Below are positions 10,541-23,500 of a stretch of 64,000 bases of DNA, in pieces (positions within the stretch are counted from its first letter, which is position 1; each line of letters starts with the position of its first letter). The translations under genes were made by a program, and so were the position numbers. Source of the stretch: Vitrella brassicaformis CCMP3155. Its lineage: Eukaryota > Protista > Chromerida. The stretch lies in the NCBI GenBank assembly GCA_001179505.1, contig CDMY01000897.1, positions 1 through 64,000 of the forward strand. The letters run 5' to 3'. The notes under the pieces are model-generated. The model was not told the DNA's origin, searched no databases, and saw only the letters and a program-made list of their open reading frames with translations.

Positions 10541-12299
10541 ATGGTTCGGAAAGAGTATCAGCATCTGGAGCGTGCCTGCCGGCATGTGCTGCGGGAGAGA
10601 ATACGGTACTCGGAGCAACGGAAGAGGGACGTCAAGAGAGGTGAACGCTGAGTGACGCTTCGCCCGTGAATTCCTTCTTCATCCTGCTTTCATCTCGCCC
10701 GCAGGCACTCCTCTCACTATGGTCATCAGCACAGCAGCCACGTCAGCAGCCACCTCTGGGGCGGGGCCATCCACCCTCTCCGGAAGCCTCTCGCTGCCGT
10801 CCCTCACCCATGGTCCCTACGCCAACAGCCCATCCAAATTCGACAGGTAAGGAGAAAGACACAGCAGTTCCTGTGTTTCCATCCATGCATCATTCGATCC
10901 TGTCCGTATGCCATCTTCGGTCAGTGAGATGACTGAGCCCCTGCAGCTCGAGCCAAGGCGGCGCTTTGAACTTACGTACATCGCCACTCTGCAGTGCGCT
11001 GCCTCCCATCGTGCGCGATCATACGCACGTCGTGTCATCGAGGCGGAGCCATCGCTTAAGGTCTGAGACGAATGGATTCAGGCCACACATCCTCTCACGC
11101 AAGACAGTCATCAGGCCCGTCTGTGTGTCTCGTTTGGTTCGCTGGATATGCAGGAGAGTGTGCGTCCGGTTGAGGAGAGGCTGCGGCAAGAAGAGGATAT
11201 GATGGTCGTGTACAGCGACGCACTCGAGAGGGTCGCCGACCCCCTGTACAGGCCATTCCCGACGGAGAAGTTCGTGGCGATCTCCCTTGGTCGGTGAGAC
11301 ACGGTATCCGCTGTCAGTGTGGGTGGGGCATCGGTGCGTTGTATTTTAAAGGCAAAGGGCCATTTCCTGCCACCAGTCTTCCTCCGATGAGCATGTCTCT
11401 GCCGGCAATCCAAGAAGGGAGGTGAGTAAGCGAGTTTTCATTCATGTCTGTCTCCTTCTTACACCGAGAACGCATATATGTCTACAGGAGTTCCAGCCGC
11501 TCCACTTCATCGTCTTCGGCCTCGCGGGCAGAGGCGAGCCCACCGGCAGCCGGAGCAAAGAGGGCATCAGTTCAAAGGCGCGTCAGCCAGGAGAGCGACC
11601 AGCAGCAGACTGTGGTCATCCATAAGCCTCCGCGGACTCAGACAAGGCTCAAGTGGAATCAGTTGTTCACCTTTTACGACCAGCACATGAGCCACGCGGT
11701 CGATGAGGATCTGCAGAAGGCGGCGGCGCCCTTCCACACGGACGCCAACACAGTGATATCGGCCGAATTTGCGGAGCGCAGCCGACATGTGAAAGGGCAG
11801 CGCAGGAGGGAGCCGGAAGATGCCGAGACACCGGCGGCCTCTGACGAGGTATCCAATGCCAATGCATTCATCGAATGCATCATGCATAGCCCATTCGTGG
11901 TCCTGCTTCGTCTGATACTTGCAGAGGTGTGTGGTGACGGTGCGTCCGGTGAGGCCGAAGAAGAGAAGATTGCCGTCGCCACTGGACATTGCCAGACACG
12001 AGCATGAAGTCATGAAAGCCAGACAAGCCCGGTTTCGGGATCAGTCCATCTTGCCTCTCGAGCGGCGGATGGATGGAGGCTGGCACACGCAGTCGGTCGT
12101 AGAACTGCCGAGCTACTTCCCCCCTGGCCGTGTGGTTGACGGGCGTGATGGTCTCGACAGAGAGTGGCGGACACACTATTTGACTGAGACAGCCAGGCTG
12201 CACGAGGACGTCCTGCACACATCCAACCCACAGCTGTTCCAGCTGAGGGCCCAGGAGCACTTGCCTCCCATCAACAAGACGCTTGCTGTCTCACAATGA
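10541..12299 (+). CDS. Hypothetical multi-exon protein
   Basis: Frame-consistent splicing gives MVRKEYQHLERACR...KRG|TPLTMVIST...FDS|EMTEPLQLEPRRRF...SLK|ESVRPVEERL...LGR|LPPMSMSLPAIQEGR|SSSRS...SDE and a last exon ending PPINKTLAVSQ*. Confidence 0.55.
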
Positions 12300-12479
12300 C
12301 TACAATCAATGGGCGGCCTCGCTGCTTCTTGCTGTCCGTCTGAGGCTTGGCTTGCTCGCGGGTGTACATGTAATGTACACGTGTGCTTTTGTCTCGCTGA
12401 TCGACTTGGTGTGCTTGTTCGTGCTTGCCTGCACTGCTTGCTTCTAAGCTGTCGGAAGGAGTCAATCAATCAATCAATC

Positions 12480-13298
12480 ATGACGTCTATCTGTATCGTC
12501 CTGCTTTGTCTGATCATCTCTTGTGGTGTCGGCGCGTCCCGCCGCTCCCCGCCTCCCCCTGAGCTCATCCTCAACAATACACCCAACAGCAGACTGCACA
12601 TCAACCCCGACATCGAAGACACACGGCCCAGGTAGGTCCGAATGCGCAGAAACAGATTCAATGTGTCTGGGAGTCTGTCTGTCTATCTGTCTGTATGTTT
12701 TGTGCTCAGAATAATCATAAATCACGGTGCTCGTGCAATCATTGAGACCACGTTGCCGCAGAGACCAACGGCACACGAGAGTGAGAACCATTGCTTGTGC
12801 AACCATTGCTTGTGTGTCGGTGTGGTTGCTCATCAGCAACGAGAGAAGCAATGAGGAAGGACGCCCAGGATATGGAGGAGTTCAGACAGCTGACACACGA
12901 AATCACCAAGAACGAGCCGACAGAAGACAGAGTAAGAAATGGCGACAAGAGGGAGGGAGAGAGAGAGAGAGAGAGAGAGGAGGGCAGCATGATGGCAGCA
13001 TGGTGTGTGAGTCTCGGGGGACTTCAGTTGCACATCTCGTCGGACAAGACACCGAACGTCCAGATCAACAACGCACCCAACTCAATGTCAGCGAAGGAAG
13101 AGAGAGAGAGCAAAGGCGCCAAGAAAGCGATGAGACATGAAATGACATGGCATTGTGTGGCTGTGTGTGGATTTTGGTAGTGTGCGCGTGAGCAACCCAG
13201 ATCTCCATGTGCCGTCTGTGGTCATCAACAATGGCGAATCATCGGTCATCGAGGCGGCACAGACGACAGAGGAGATTCAGGAGAAGCCAGCCGAGTGA
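12480..13298 (+). CDS. Small predicted secreted protein with repeated (L/I/V)INN-like motifs
   Basis: Signal-like MTSICIVLLCLIISCGVGA. Exon peptides PELILNNTPNS, RIIINHGA, PNVQINNAPNS and PSVVINNGESS. Stop TGA at 13296-13298. Internal exon phases are not fully resolved. Confidence 0.5.
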
Positions 13299-14026
13299 TG
13301 AGCGTGCATCGATTGAATGCACAGCTACTAACCAACATGTGCAAGCATGATGACGATGATGTAACTAACACGTGTTACATGGGCCAGGCGGTTATATCGA
13401 GATGAAACGATTGTCCTCTCATGCATCGTGAATCCAGCCCTGTCCGTGCCTATGCATTTTTGCATCCACCCGAAATGCATGGCCACTGCTCGCGCGCAAA
13501 ACTGACCCAGATCGATCTAGGGAAATCATCTAATACAGACTAGAGTAGCCATCCATCCCTTGCCCCCTCCCTCCCTAGCTGCCCTCGACCCCCCTCACCC
13601 CCCTTACAATAAGTGCCCACCCCGGTCCCCTTAGAAAACACAAATTGACAGAGGTACGTAGTATATATGTGTGTATGTAGTCTGTGTGTGTGCATGTGTG
13701 TTTATTGTGTTGTGTTCGTACGTGTCTTTGTGCACTCGTGTCCATGTATGTATGTGTGTATCTGTAGCTAGATCGACGCACACGCACACGCACACTCATA
13801 GGAGGAGGCAGCCTGTACACAAAAACAACGAGGGGCCATGTCATGCATGTCATACCGTTATATGGTCGTATGAATGGATGCCATGCGCATGGATGCGTGC
13901 GACGTCAGGAGCTGATCGAGGTCAGGTCAGAGCCGGCTAGCCACTAATCAATTCATAGACCCACCCACCCTTACCACCCATTCCCCCTCCCCTCCCATTT
14001 CCTCCCCCTGTCTATCATTTCGATCT

Positions 14027-17000
14027 CTAGTATACGATCCTCTGTCCCTTGAGTAGGGTCTTGCCCATGATCCACCCCTGCGCCCGCCTCTCGCGCTCAA
14101 GCCCCTCCTTCCACAGCGCCAGTGCACCAGCCATCGTCCCCACACGCAGCATCAGCGGCGGCTCGATCCCCTCCACACCCGTTCGCACCACCACGGCATC
14201 GCTATCATAGTGCTGTTCCCTCGTCACGCCAAATGTCACCCTCGGCTCTGATGACCCGCGGCTCTTCTTGGTGTCACCACCGGGGGTGGCCTGGTGCTGT
14301 TGGTCACGGTCATGGTCAGGTAGGGGCATGGTGTGGCTGCCCGGCGACAGGAACTGCCTCGACGATGAGGAGGGGTACATGATATAGTCCCCTCCGCCCA
14401 CCTGGTCCGCTCCTGTCCCCACCGAGTCGACATCCCAGTCGCTGTAGTACTCTCCACCGCCGCCAGAGCCTCGCTCGCCGTCGCCGGCAAATGCGCTGCG
14501 GAATGAGGGCGCGTTGTGGCTGTTGTATGGGGCGAGGGGCGCGTTGACCACGATGGGCTCGTGATGCCCGACCGTGGGGCTGTTGGCCCGCGGCTCGTCG
14601 TCTATTATGGGACTGGAGATTGTCGCGGCAGGTGGGGTGATCGCAGGGGGATCCGATGCCGATCCTGGCGCGGGAGGGGGCGACGGCTGGTCGCCCCTGT
14701 CGTCCGTGGGGGTGTTGTTGGCCTGGCTGCTGGTGTGGGGGTGGCTGCCGCCGTCGGTGAAGAACTGGATGACGGCCTCCACCTCACGCTCGGCCTGACG
14801 CTCAATGTACGATAGCGCACTGCACAGACAGACGGACACAACATGGAAAGGAATGAGTACATCACACAAGGACAGGCATCCCCTTCTCACCTAATGGCTT
14901 CCTCCAGGAACGGTCGTGCCGTGTCCGGAGCAGCGCACTTCTCCTTGAGCCGCTCCATCAGCGCCTCCTCCTCGGGCGTCGCCCCCTCCCTCTTCATCCG
15001 CTGCCACTGAGCCCGCAGCGGCACCTCCCGCGTCGCACCGTCAATGCGCAGATGCAGACCCTCTACACTGCCCTCGCGCACGTTGCTATCATCTAATTGC
15101 TGCGTCTCGTCGGTCGGGAGCCGAGTGCTGAGACCCCCCAAACCCGCCGTCACCTGCCTCTCTCGCTGCTCAGGCATGTTCGTCTCGTCGGCACCCTGGA
15201 CAGTGCTGGTACCGCTGCCCGCCGGGCTGGGCCTTGCAGGTGCAGTGGGCGAGTGCACGAGGCCTCGATAAGCGGGGCTGTCTTTGGGGCGCTCGGTGGT
15301 GGTGGCAGCATCGGGTGATTTGTCTTTGATGGGTATGAGGTTGGCGGTGAGGGGAGGGAGAGCTGCCCCTTCCTCCTCGGTGGTGGCGTACTGCTGCTGG
15401 TCGGCGATGGGTGGGATGACGGGCTCGAAGGGCTGGTCGACGTGGTGGGCGCCCTCACCCAACTCCTCCAACTCAATGTCGCCCCACACCTCCAGAGGAT
15501 CCTCCTGCATGAAACACAGACAGAGAGACAGACGTTGTTGGGTGTTTGGCTTGATCCTCTTCGGTTGTGGCTGTGTGCTTACCAGCAGAGGGAGCCGATA
15601 AGTGCGTCCATTGGTTCTCTGGTCGCCCCCCTCGCCGGCGTCACCAGCCCCCGCCCCCGCCCCCTCCTGCCCATTGCGCCTCAGCACAAACACTCCCCTG
15701 AACCTCCTGCGCCCTCCCGAGGCCCTCTCGCCCCCCTCCAGGCCGCCCAAATTCACATTTAGGTTGATGTTGAAGTTCCGCCCGCCGCCCACCCGCTGGA
15801 TGGCGCGTGACGTGGAGCCCCGGAGGCGATCCCACGCGTGGCCGCCCTGCCTGACGGCCTCCTGTGTCATGGCAGCGATGGACTGCATGAGCAGTGATGT
15901 GGCCTGGGCAAACTCCTCCCATGTGACAGTCCACTCGGACGGCACGGCCGATGGCGGCAGGGGGCGGAAGGGAGGGGGGGCGAGAATGAGGTCCGTGGGC
16001 TGGAACCTGCACACCACACATGGCAAGGGCGGGTGAGTGGGTGGAACACTCATGACTCGTGTGAATGTCCCCAGCTCACTTGTATCTGGTGGGGGGCCCT
16101 TCCATGTCAGCCCATCGGTCCAGCACACGGCGGACGATGTGGGCCATCCTGCCGAACTGCAGCCCACCCACAGCCGGCAGTGAGGGGATTAGCGGCGAGC
16201 TTGCCGACACGGAAAGCGGCTCAGCGTCGCCCACACCCACACCCACACCAGCCTGACGGTTATCCGCCGAGAAATACCACAACCGATGTGCCCTGGCAGA
16301 GAGAACAAGACACATCAAACCGACGTCATCAGTCAGACCGTGAAGAGAGCTCACTTGATGGTCTCTGCAGTCATGTCCTGCCCCAGCTCCTCTCTGAGAG
16401 CCCGCAGCAGCCGCCAGTGTGGCGCTGAGACGACAGCAGCCGCCTTGCCGAACCCCTTGGCCGCCCCTGCCAGCTCCGGGGGAGGCGTGATGGGTGTGGG
16501 CTTTCCGTACCCGTTGGCTGCCGACGCCTCGCCGTCATTGGCGGTGGTGCTGGTGGTGGCGCCCTGGTGTGTGGGTGAGATTGAGGGTGGCAGGAGGTGT
16601 GCAGCTGGTATGAGTGTGGAGAGGTCGCCGCGGATGAGGGAGCTGGTGTAGCGCTGCACCACCTCGGTCAAATACCTGCAGGCAGCGCATCCGCATATGG
16701 ACGGACACGTGAGGAAGGTTGTTTGGGTGCGGTGCAACTGTGGGCGTGGCGGTGTGTTGGTTACGTATCGAGTTGTGTGGAGTCGTGTTCGTCCAGGAGG
16801 CCCTTGCTCTGTTTGCTGCCGCGGGCATACAGCCACGCACCTGCAGATCAGATGCGAAAGACACACCAGACAGACCATATTGCAGACCAGGCCCGTTGGC
16901 ACTTCTGTCATTCTCATCAGCTCACCTCCCGCAGCGACAATGAAGCACATGGAAGTCACTGACGACACACACACACACACACACGGATTCACTGGCCATC

Positions 17001-18711
17001 GGACACCATGTGTGTCAGTGCGTATGTGTTGGTGTACCTATATGGTATCCGGCGGTCCCTCCTGCGGGGTGCACGTCCAGCTGCAGGATGCCTGTAGTCG
17101 CCCATCCGGCTGCCACAGTTACGGCCGCACCGATCACCCACAGCGTGTCGTACGCGTGGGACTGCTTGATGTCCCAACCCACCCTAAACACACACACACA
17201 CACACACACTCTCAGACATGCACATCTACCGTATGTGGGCAGAGGGGGATTTGTTGCGGCCACTACACTAGCTGACCAGTTGTTGAGGGTGTTACTGAGG
17301 GCGGGGTGTCCTTTGCTCTCCATGACGATGGCGATCAGGACGCTGCCGAGCATCACGCGCACGCTGCTCAGACAGCGGAAGAAACGAACCACACCAAACG
17401 CGAAGATGAAAATCTAAACCAGACCAACACCACACAAAGCATCCACAGACGCAGGCAGGGTGAGAAGGCCTGCCTTCGGCTGCCGTCTGTCTGTCTGTCC
17501 GTTCGCCAACTCATCACTCACCACTGCCCACATGATGAGCACGAGCGGCCGAGTGACCACCTCCACGCGCCCAAGACGCATAAACGGGTAAGACGGCCCC
17601 ACCGCCCCCGCCTCGATCCCCACCTGCCCGCCGCCACCCTCACCCTCCCCACTCCCCTGCTCAACCTGATTGCCTCGGTGGTTCCCCTCGCCATTGTTCC
17701 CACCCACTGGGCTGTCTGTGAAGGTCCTGTAAGCATAGTCAGGGCCCTCTGGGCTGGCGCTGCCCGCCGCACTCCCACTGCCCGCGTTGGTCGACGTCGC
17801 GCCGCCGCCCTCACCCTCACCAGCGCGGGGCGAGCCCGACGACCGGCCGCCTGCTTTGTTTGTGGGAGGCTTCTCGGCCATTTGCGCTGCGTAGATGAGG
17901 ACTGCGAGGGAGATGGCCCGTGCTACTGCGGCTGAGAGGGCCAGGAGTGGGGCGTAGGGCATGTGGGGGGTGACGGAGGGGTGCCATGGGTAGATGCAGA
18001 GGACGAGCAGGGCGCCTGCAGACACACGCACATGGGATGGAAGGCGTGCTGTGCTGTCTGTGAGGATGTCTGTGTGGATGGATGTGTGGGGTCACTCACT
18101 GACGACTCACCTAGGAGGACGATGCCAGACCCGGCGACTTGTTTGAGCGATAGAGGGGGGAGAGATGGCGGCAGCAGGTGGGGGTTCATCTGGGAAAAGC
18201 AGTACGTGACGACCAGCTCAAGAGGCCAATCCATCAAAGCTGCACAACGCACACACACAATCCCGTCCAGAACAAAACGCCCTCCCTCCCTTCCTCCCTC
18301 CCTGGCTGTCCACTGACCTAATATGACCACCGCAGTGATGTCAGCCGACACAAGTGCCAGCAAGGCCATAACCGGCGCGCCCACACACCCCAGCGTCTGT
18401 GCCACGAACAGCGCACCGTAGAAGCCCACCGTCAGCTTCTTCAACTCTCGCCCCAGCCTCTTGAGACTGCGCCGCTCGTGCATCAGGCTGGCGATGGCGC
18501 AGCACAGCAGCGCCATGGTGGCCATCTGGATGGGCCAGAAGGACGCCATCTTCTTGGCCGTGGCCGTCGAGAAGGCCGCCTTGGCAATGCATGTGGTACA
18601 CGCCAAACTGAGGATGCCCAGGCCGGCGCTCCGCAGCTCCCGGGGTGCTGAGCGAGCTCGGTGGGATGCCTGGCGGTAAAACGAGGACAGCCGGGCCCAG
18701 AAGGACGGCAT
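14027..18711 (-). CDS. Multi-pass membrane protein (possibly DMT/EamA-like N-terminal half) with a very long, mostly low-complexity C-terminal region
   Basis: Hydrophobic exons at 18316-18711, 17470-18020 and 17040-17400, then exons at 16351-16680, 16080-16260, 14890-16010 and 14027-14820 ending GQRIVY*. It could be two genes, and the family call is tentative. Confidence 0.55.
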
Positions 18712-19499
18712 CTAGTTGCTCGACTGAGAGCCGGCGTTAGGCAGAGAGTCTCAGTTGCAGTTAGAGATTGAACTTAGCTTGGCGCAGGCGAAGGGCCGTC
18801 CCGCAAAACCGCCTCCAACATCGGCACAAGGGTATGGAGATGTGGTGTTCTTTGCCGGAGGCTCGGAGCTATTGCTATGTGCGAGCCGCCCTCACAACGT
18901 TTCACGCTCATGATTTAGGGTCCAATTGCCATGATTCCGAGTAAGGGGCACCCACTGCGTGGGCACCCCGGGCCGCGAATTGGGCGGGGGTCGAAAGCAG
19001 CGTGCGAGATGGCGTGAATTATGCGTCACAGAGACGTGCACAGCACGAGTGTTGGCGAGAAGCACACCGACGCATGCAACAATAGCGAGAGTGTCAAAAA
19101 CATGCAGACAAGAACGGTGGGAGCTTGAAAAACATGTAGGTCTCGAAGACAGACGTGGCGATAACACGCAGGTACTCAGAGTGCTGCAGTAAGAACACAA
19201 GACACGCCCTTGTTGAAGACGTGCTTCGCCAAGTATACCAATGCATCACTGGATACAATCGGATGTGCCTGTTGAAGGGGCTATCGAAGCCTGCCCTCGA
19301 TGACGGTCTATCGGCTTGTCAATCAAATGGGAGCCGCCAGGATCAGCCCAACGATGACCTGCACCAGCAACGCAACACGGCAAATGAAATCGGCCACAGC
19401 GCGCCACGTCAGATGAAGCAAGCCTCCTGAGTAGCTTCTCTTCGAGTCGAATCTCTTCACACACGGTGGTCACTCAATGGATGTGCCAGCCTCACACGA

Positions 19500-20040
19500 T
19501 TGCCCACTGGTCGATTGCGGGCGCAGCCGGCGTCCGCATTCAAGCCACCTGAGACGAGCGACGACAGGACCTTCTCTGTTCACTGGGCGAGCCGTTACCG
19601 ATTGAACGAAGAGCAGATGCGGGCGTTCCAAATCATCTGCAGCCACTTGCTGAACCACTACAAAGACCTGCGGGACAACAAATACGTCTCGCCATTGCGC
19701 ATGTGCCTGACCGGCGAGGGCGGCACCGGCAAAACACACGTCATCAAAGCTGTGAAGGCTTGTTCTGCTGAACTGCAATGCCGACACTGGCTGTGTCTGG
19801 CAGCACCTACCAATATCGAAGGCATGCACATCTTCGATGACTTCGAGAGTGGCGAGAAGAGGCTGCGGCGCAAGCGGGAAGCAGCAGACAGTCGATGGTA
19901 ACCGCATTTGCAGAGAGGAGTCTTGCAAGCATATCCACTACCAAGTCCATTGCACGATAGTCGGCGAGATCTCTTTCGTAAAGCGCCAGAAGCTCGACAA
20001 AGTCGATGCGGCACTGAGGGACCTGCGAAAAGGCACCCAA
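19500..20040 (+). mobile_element. Degenerate PIF1-family helicase fragment (Helitron-like or other PIF1-carrying transposon remnant)
   Basis: LNEEQMRAFQII...PLRMCLTGEGGTGKTHVIKAV (Walker A), then LAAPT-NIEG with an internal deletion. After a frame change comes IVGEISFV...LDKVDAALR (degenerate DEISMV Walker B). Intronless and interrupted by stops. Confidence 0.7.
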
Positions 20041-20525
20041 GAAGGACCAAGCTCAACCAGCTGCATGAACGGACAAGAGAAACATCCCATCCACCACAAA
20101 CTGGCGCGTTCGTGCGTTGTTCAGTCAGTGGATGCTTCTCGTTACGGATCTTGCTTTTTTTAAGAAGTTCGCGCCCAGAGAGACCCTTATTCGTTGATTT
20201 TCTCCGCGCAAAAGAACCGCGATCTTTTTCAAGCAGCAGCGGTTTCAGGCAGCACCCTAGACGGCCCGACGGCCAAGCTTTGTTCACTAACTTGCCGCTT
20301 TAGGGTACATCAGTTTTACGGTTACTTGTCCAAACGTGACAAAAAAACACAGAAGCTGTTCGACATATTCACGTGTCTGTAGTAGGGCGAGCAACACATC
20401 ATTGCTACCGATTCTCCTTTTTTCTTCCATACGATCGCGATCGAACGTTTTGTCTGCCGGACGTGTTGTTTCTTAAAGACGCAAATCGGGCACTAGTCCA
20501 ATTCGCTCCTGATCCGCAGCGAGCC

Positions 20526-23500
20526 ATGGAGAACGACGAGGGTCGAGGCGGTGATTCGCCTTCCCGGCCATCAGATCTGTCCAGAGGCGCTCCCACCACC
20601 CCGCGGCTCCCCGGTGCTTCGACTGCTGCTTCCCCAGGGAGCCACCCGGCAAGCTGCCCGATGGACAGGCTTGATCCCGATTCGTCGACAAACCTGCTCG
20701 GGTTCCTCGACTGGCGAGGCCTCAGCCGGCTGAATGAGGTGAACCGTCACTGGAATGGCGCGACGTCAGCCGAGGACAACCGGCTGTGGCAGCAGGCCTA
20801 TGAAGCCTTGGTGACGCTCGAGGAGGACGAGAGGGATGGCGGAGAGGGGGGAGGGTTGACGCCCCTCATCGACCGACCCTTCGGGTGGGGACAGAAAGAA
20901 AGGGCTTGCCAATGGGTGATGGTCTATTGCATCATGGTGTCTGTCTGTTTTGTTTGTGTGTGTGTGTGTGGATGTGCCAGGGATGCGGCGGTGGGGTGGC
21001 GCATTAGTGTGTACGACGAGTACAGCGGCAGGTGGAACGAGGGGGAGGTCCGGGCCTTCACCCAAGCCGAAGGTTTGTTCCGTGTGCAGTTTGACGATGG
21101 CAGGCTGGAATGGGAGTCAGAACAGGTACACACCTACACCCCACACCACACGCAGGAGGGAGGGAGGCAGGCAGGGAGGGAGCATCATCCATCATACACA
21201 CACCCAAACACATCTTTCTCGTTATTTGGTTTCTCTCTGTGTGTCAGCGTCGCGGCGATCGTTGGCATAATTCAGGCAAGAGTCGCATCTTCTGGCTCGC
21301 CCCGCCAGGCATCATCCCCCAGCAGCCCCCCCCACCCACACCACCCTCACCACTCATGCCGGTGCCGACAGGAATCCCACTGCAGGTGGGTGGAGGCGAT
21401 GAAGACCAAGATAATGCCCCCGAGCAGGATGAGGATGACAATGAGAATGACAACGATCTCCTGCTCGATGATGCGGAGTTCCCATTGCCGGCGCCGGCAG
21501 CGGCAGCGGCCGCTGCTTCTTCTTCTGCGGCGGCTGGTGTCGGTGTCGGTGGCTCTGATGGCAGGAACGATGCTGACGATGAGATAGATCTGGAGCTGAC
21601 GGTGGATGGGCGGTGGATCGGCCAGAACCCCCTCCGCGCCCGTGAGCCGCCACAGACACACCCCGAAGACCGGCCCGTGAGGCAAGAGAGCAGCCAGAGC
21701 AGGGGGCCGCACCGACCCCCGCCCATCCCATTCCCCCTACCGGCACGCAGCGCGTCAGCTCCGCCACCTGACGAGCCACGTGACGAGCCGTCATCGAGTG
21801 AAGACGAGAACGATGCCGCCGACCGCCCGCCCTCTGCACGGCCGCCGCGTGTGGACCCATACCAGCCAACGCCTAGGCAGGGATCGGCGGATCAGGTAGA
21901 CGGGGATGCGTCGCCCTACCTGCGGGCAGACGAGCACCGTCGTAGGATGAACCGGCAGCGGCTGCAGGAGTACGTGAGGCGGCCGACGGGCAGGGACGGT
22001 GGGCGGGGGCGTCTGTTGCCACCCCTCAAGTTTGTGCGGTGGCGTGACGAGGTGCGGCAGAATGTCACCTATGTGCCGACAGATCTCGTGATCGCAATCC
22101 ACCATCACGGAGATGAGGTGAGCAAGGGAGGGAGGGGGAGGGTTGCTGGCAGGGAAGTAGGACAATGGGTGCGTGTTTCTTGATGTCAGGTCTTGTATTG
22201 CTGCTTCTCGCACAACGGGCGTCTTCTTGCGTCGTGCTCGCGGGACGGAACGACCCTCATCTACAGGTGGGTGAGGCAGTCCGCCAGCCGTCGACCAGGA
22301 GTGAGTCGGTCACTAATCTCATCTGCTCTCCCTCTCCGCCCACTGATGTATTGTATGCAGAGTGAGCGACATCTTTAACTACGTCCAGGGCACCTCATCG
22401 CGCCCCGCCATCCCATCGCCACCCCCACCCCCACCGCACAAGCCCTTTGCACGCAGCAGCTTCTTGCCCTCGCCGTTGCGCGGTGGGCAGCCCCACCCGA
22501 GGCTGCCCCGAAACCCGCGGCCCGTCAGGCGCTTCATCCACAGCAACACCCCCTGTCGCTGCGTGTGGTCGCCCGACGACCGTTATCTGCTCGTCTGCAC
22601 CGAGGTAGGTGAGATGGAATGGCGGGTGGGGGGGAGGAGAAGGCGCGTAACTGTTGGTTGTGTGGTCCTTTGGCGGATATCTGTGTAAGGCCACGATGGG
22701 CGACTCGTTCGGCAGCCCGTCGAAGGCGGAGCTGTGGGACGTTAGGCGCAGGTGAGAGGAGGGTCGGGTGGAGAGAGGCTGTTCACCTGCCCCTCTCTCC
22801 GTCGTGTCGTGTTCTTCTGCGTGTGTTGCAGCGAGTGTGTGATCAAGACGGTGTGCAGCCCTTTCGATGTCTATGCAGTGTGGCTGTCCGGCGGGGGCCT
22901 ATCGAGCGGCCCTACTGCCGGCCCTGCCAGTAGTCCCGGTCCGTCTCCGTCTGGTCCTTCTGGTGGCGGTGGTGGGAGTGGGGGTGGTAGTGTGCCGTCG
23001 TATCGCTTCATGGCTACGGAGTCGGCCTCCTATGACTTCGCGCAGGACCGATGGAAGCAGGTCAGCAGGGGAGGGACACACATTGACGAGAGACACACAC
23101 ACATTTTGTTTGTGTTGTCTGTCTGTCTGTCTGTCTGTTTCCCGGTCTGCAGACGCTGGCCGTGAGTGACGTGAGGGGCCGTGTGCATCGCAGGCTGACC
23201 CTGCGGATGGAGGCCATGAGCTACGCCAGGTCGGTACAGTCAGTACCCACACACAAAACAACACACCACCACACAGCTCGGGAGCAAGGCGGGTCTTTCT
23301 GTCTCGTGTGTGTCTGTGGTGTGGGTGTGTTGACCCACACAGCAGGAACATAGAGGTGGAGGGCAATGACCATTTCGTGGCCTTCGTCGCGGGCTCGAAT
23401 TGCCACCTCAGCGACCTCATCTGCCTCATGCCCCTCAACAACGGTCAGCCAGCCAGCCAGCCACCACACCCACACACATACGTTTCCATCCATCCATCCA

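Noticed and set aside
14027-14890. The ORF track lists this 287-aa ORF on the + strand
   Set aside because: The peptide reads from the minus strand (GTG at 14890, TAG at 14027-14029). I treated it as the last exon of the minus-strand gene; the strand label appears wrong.
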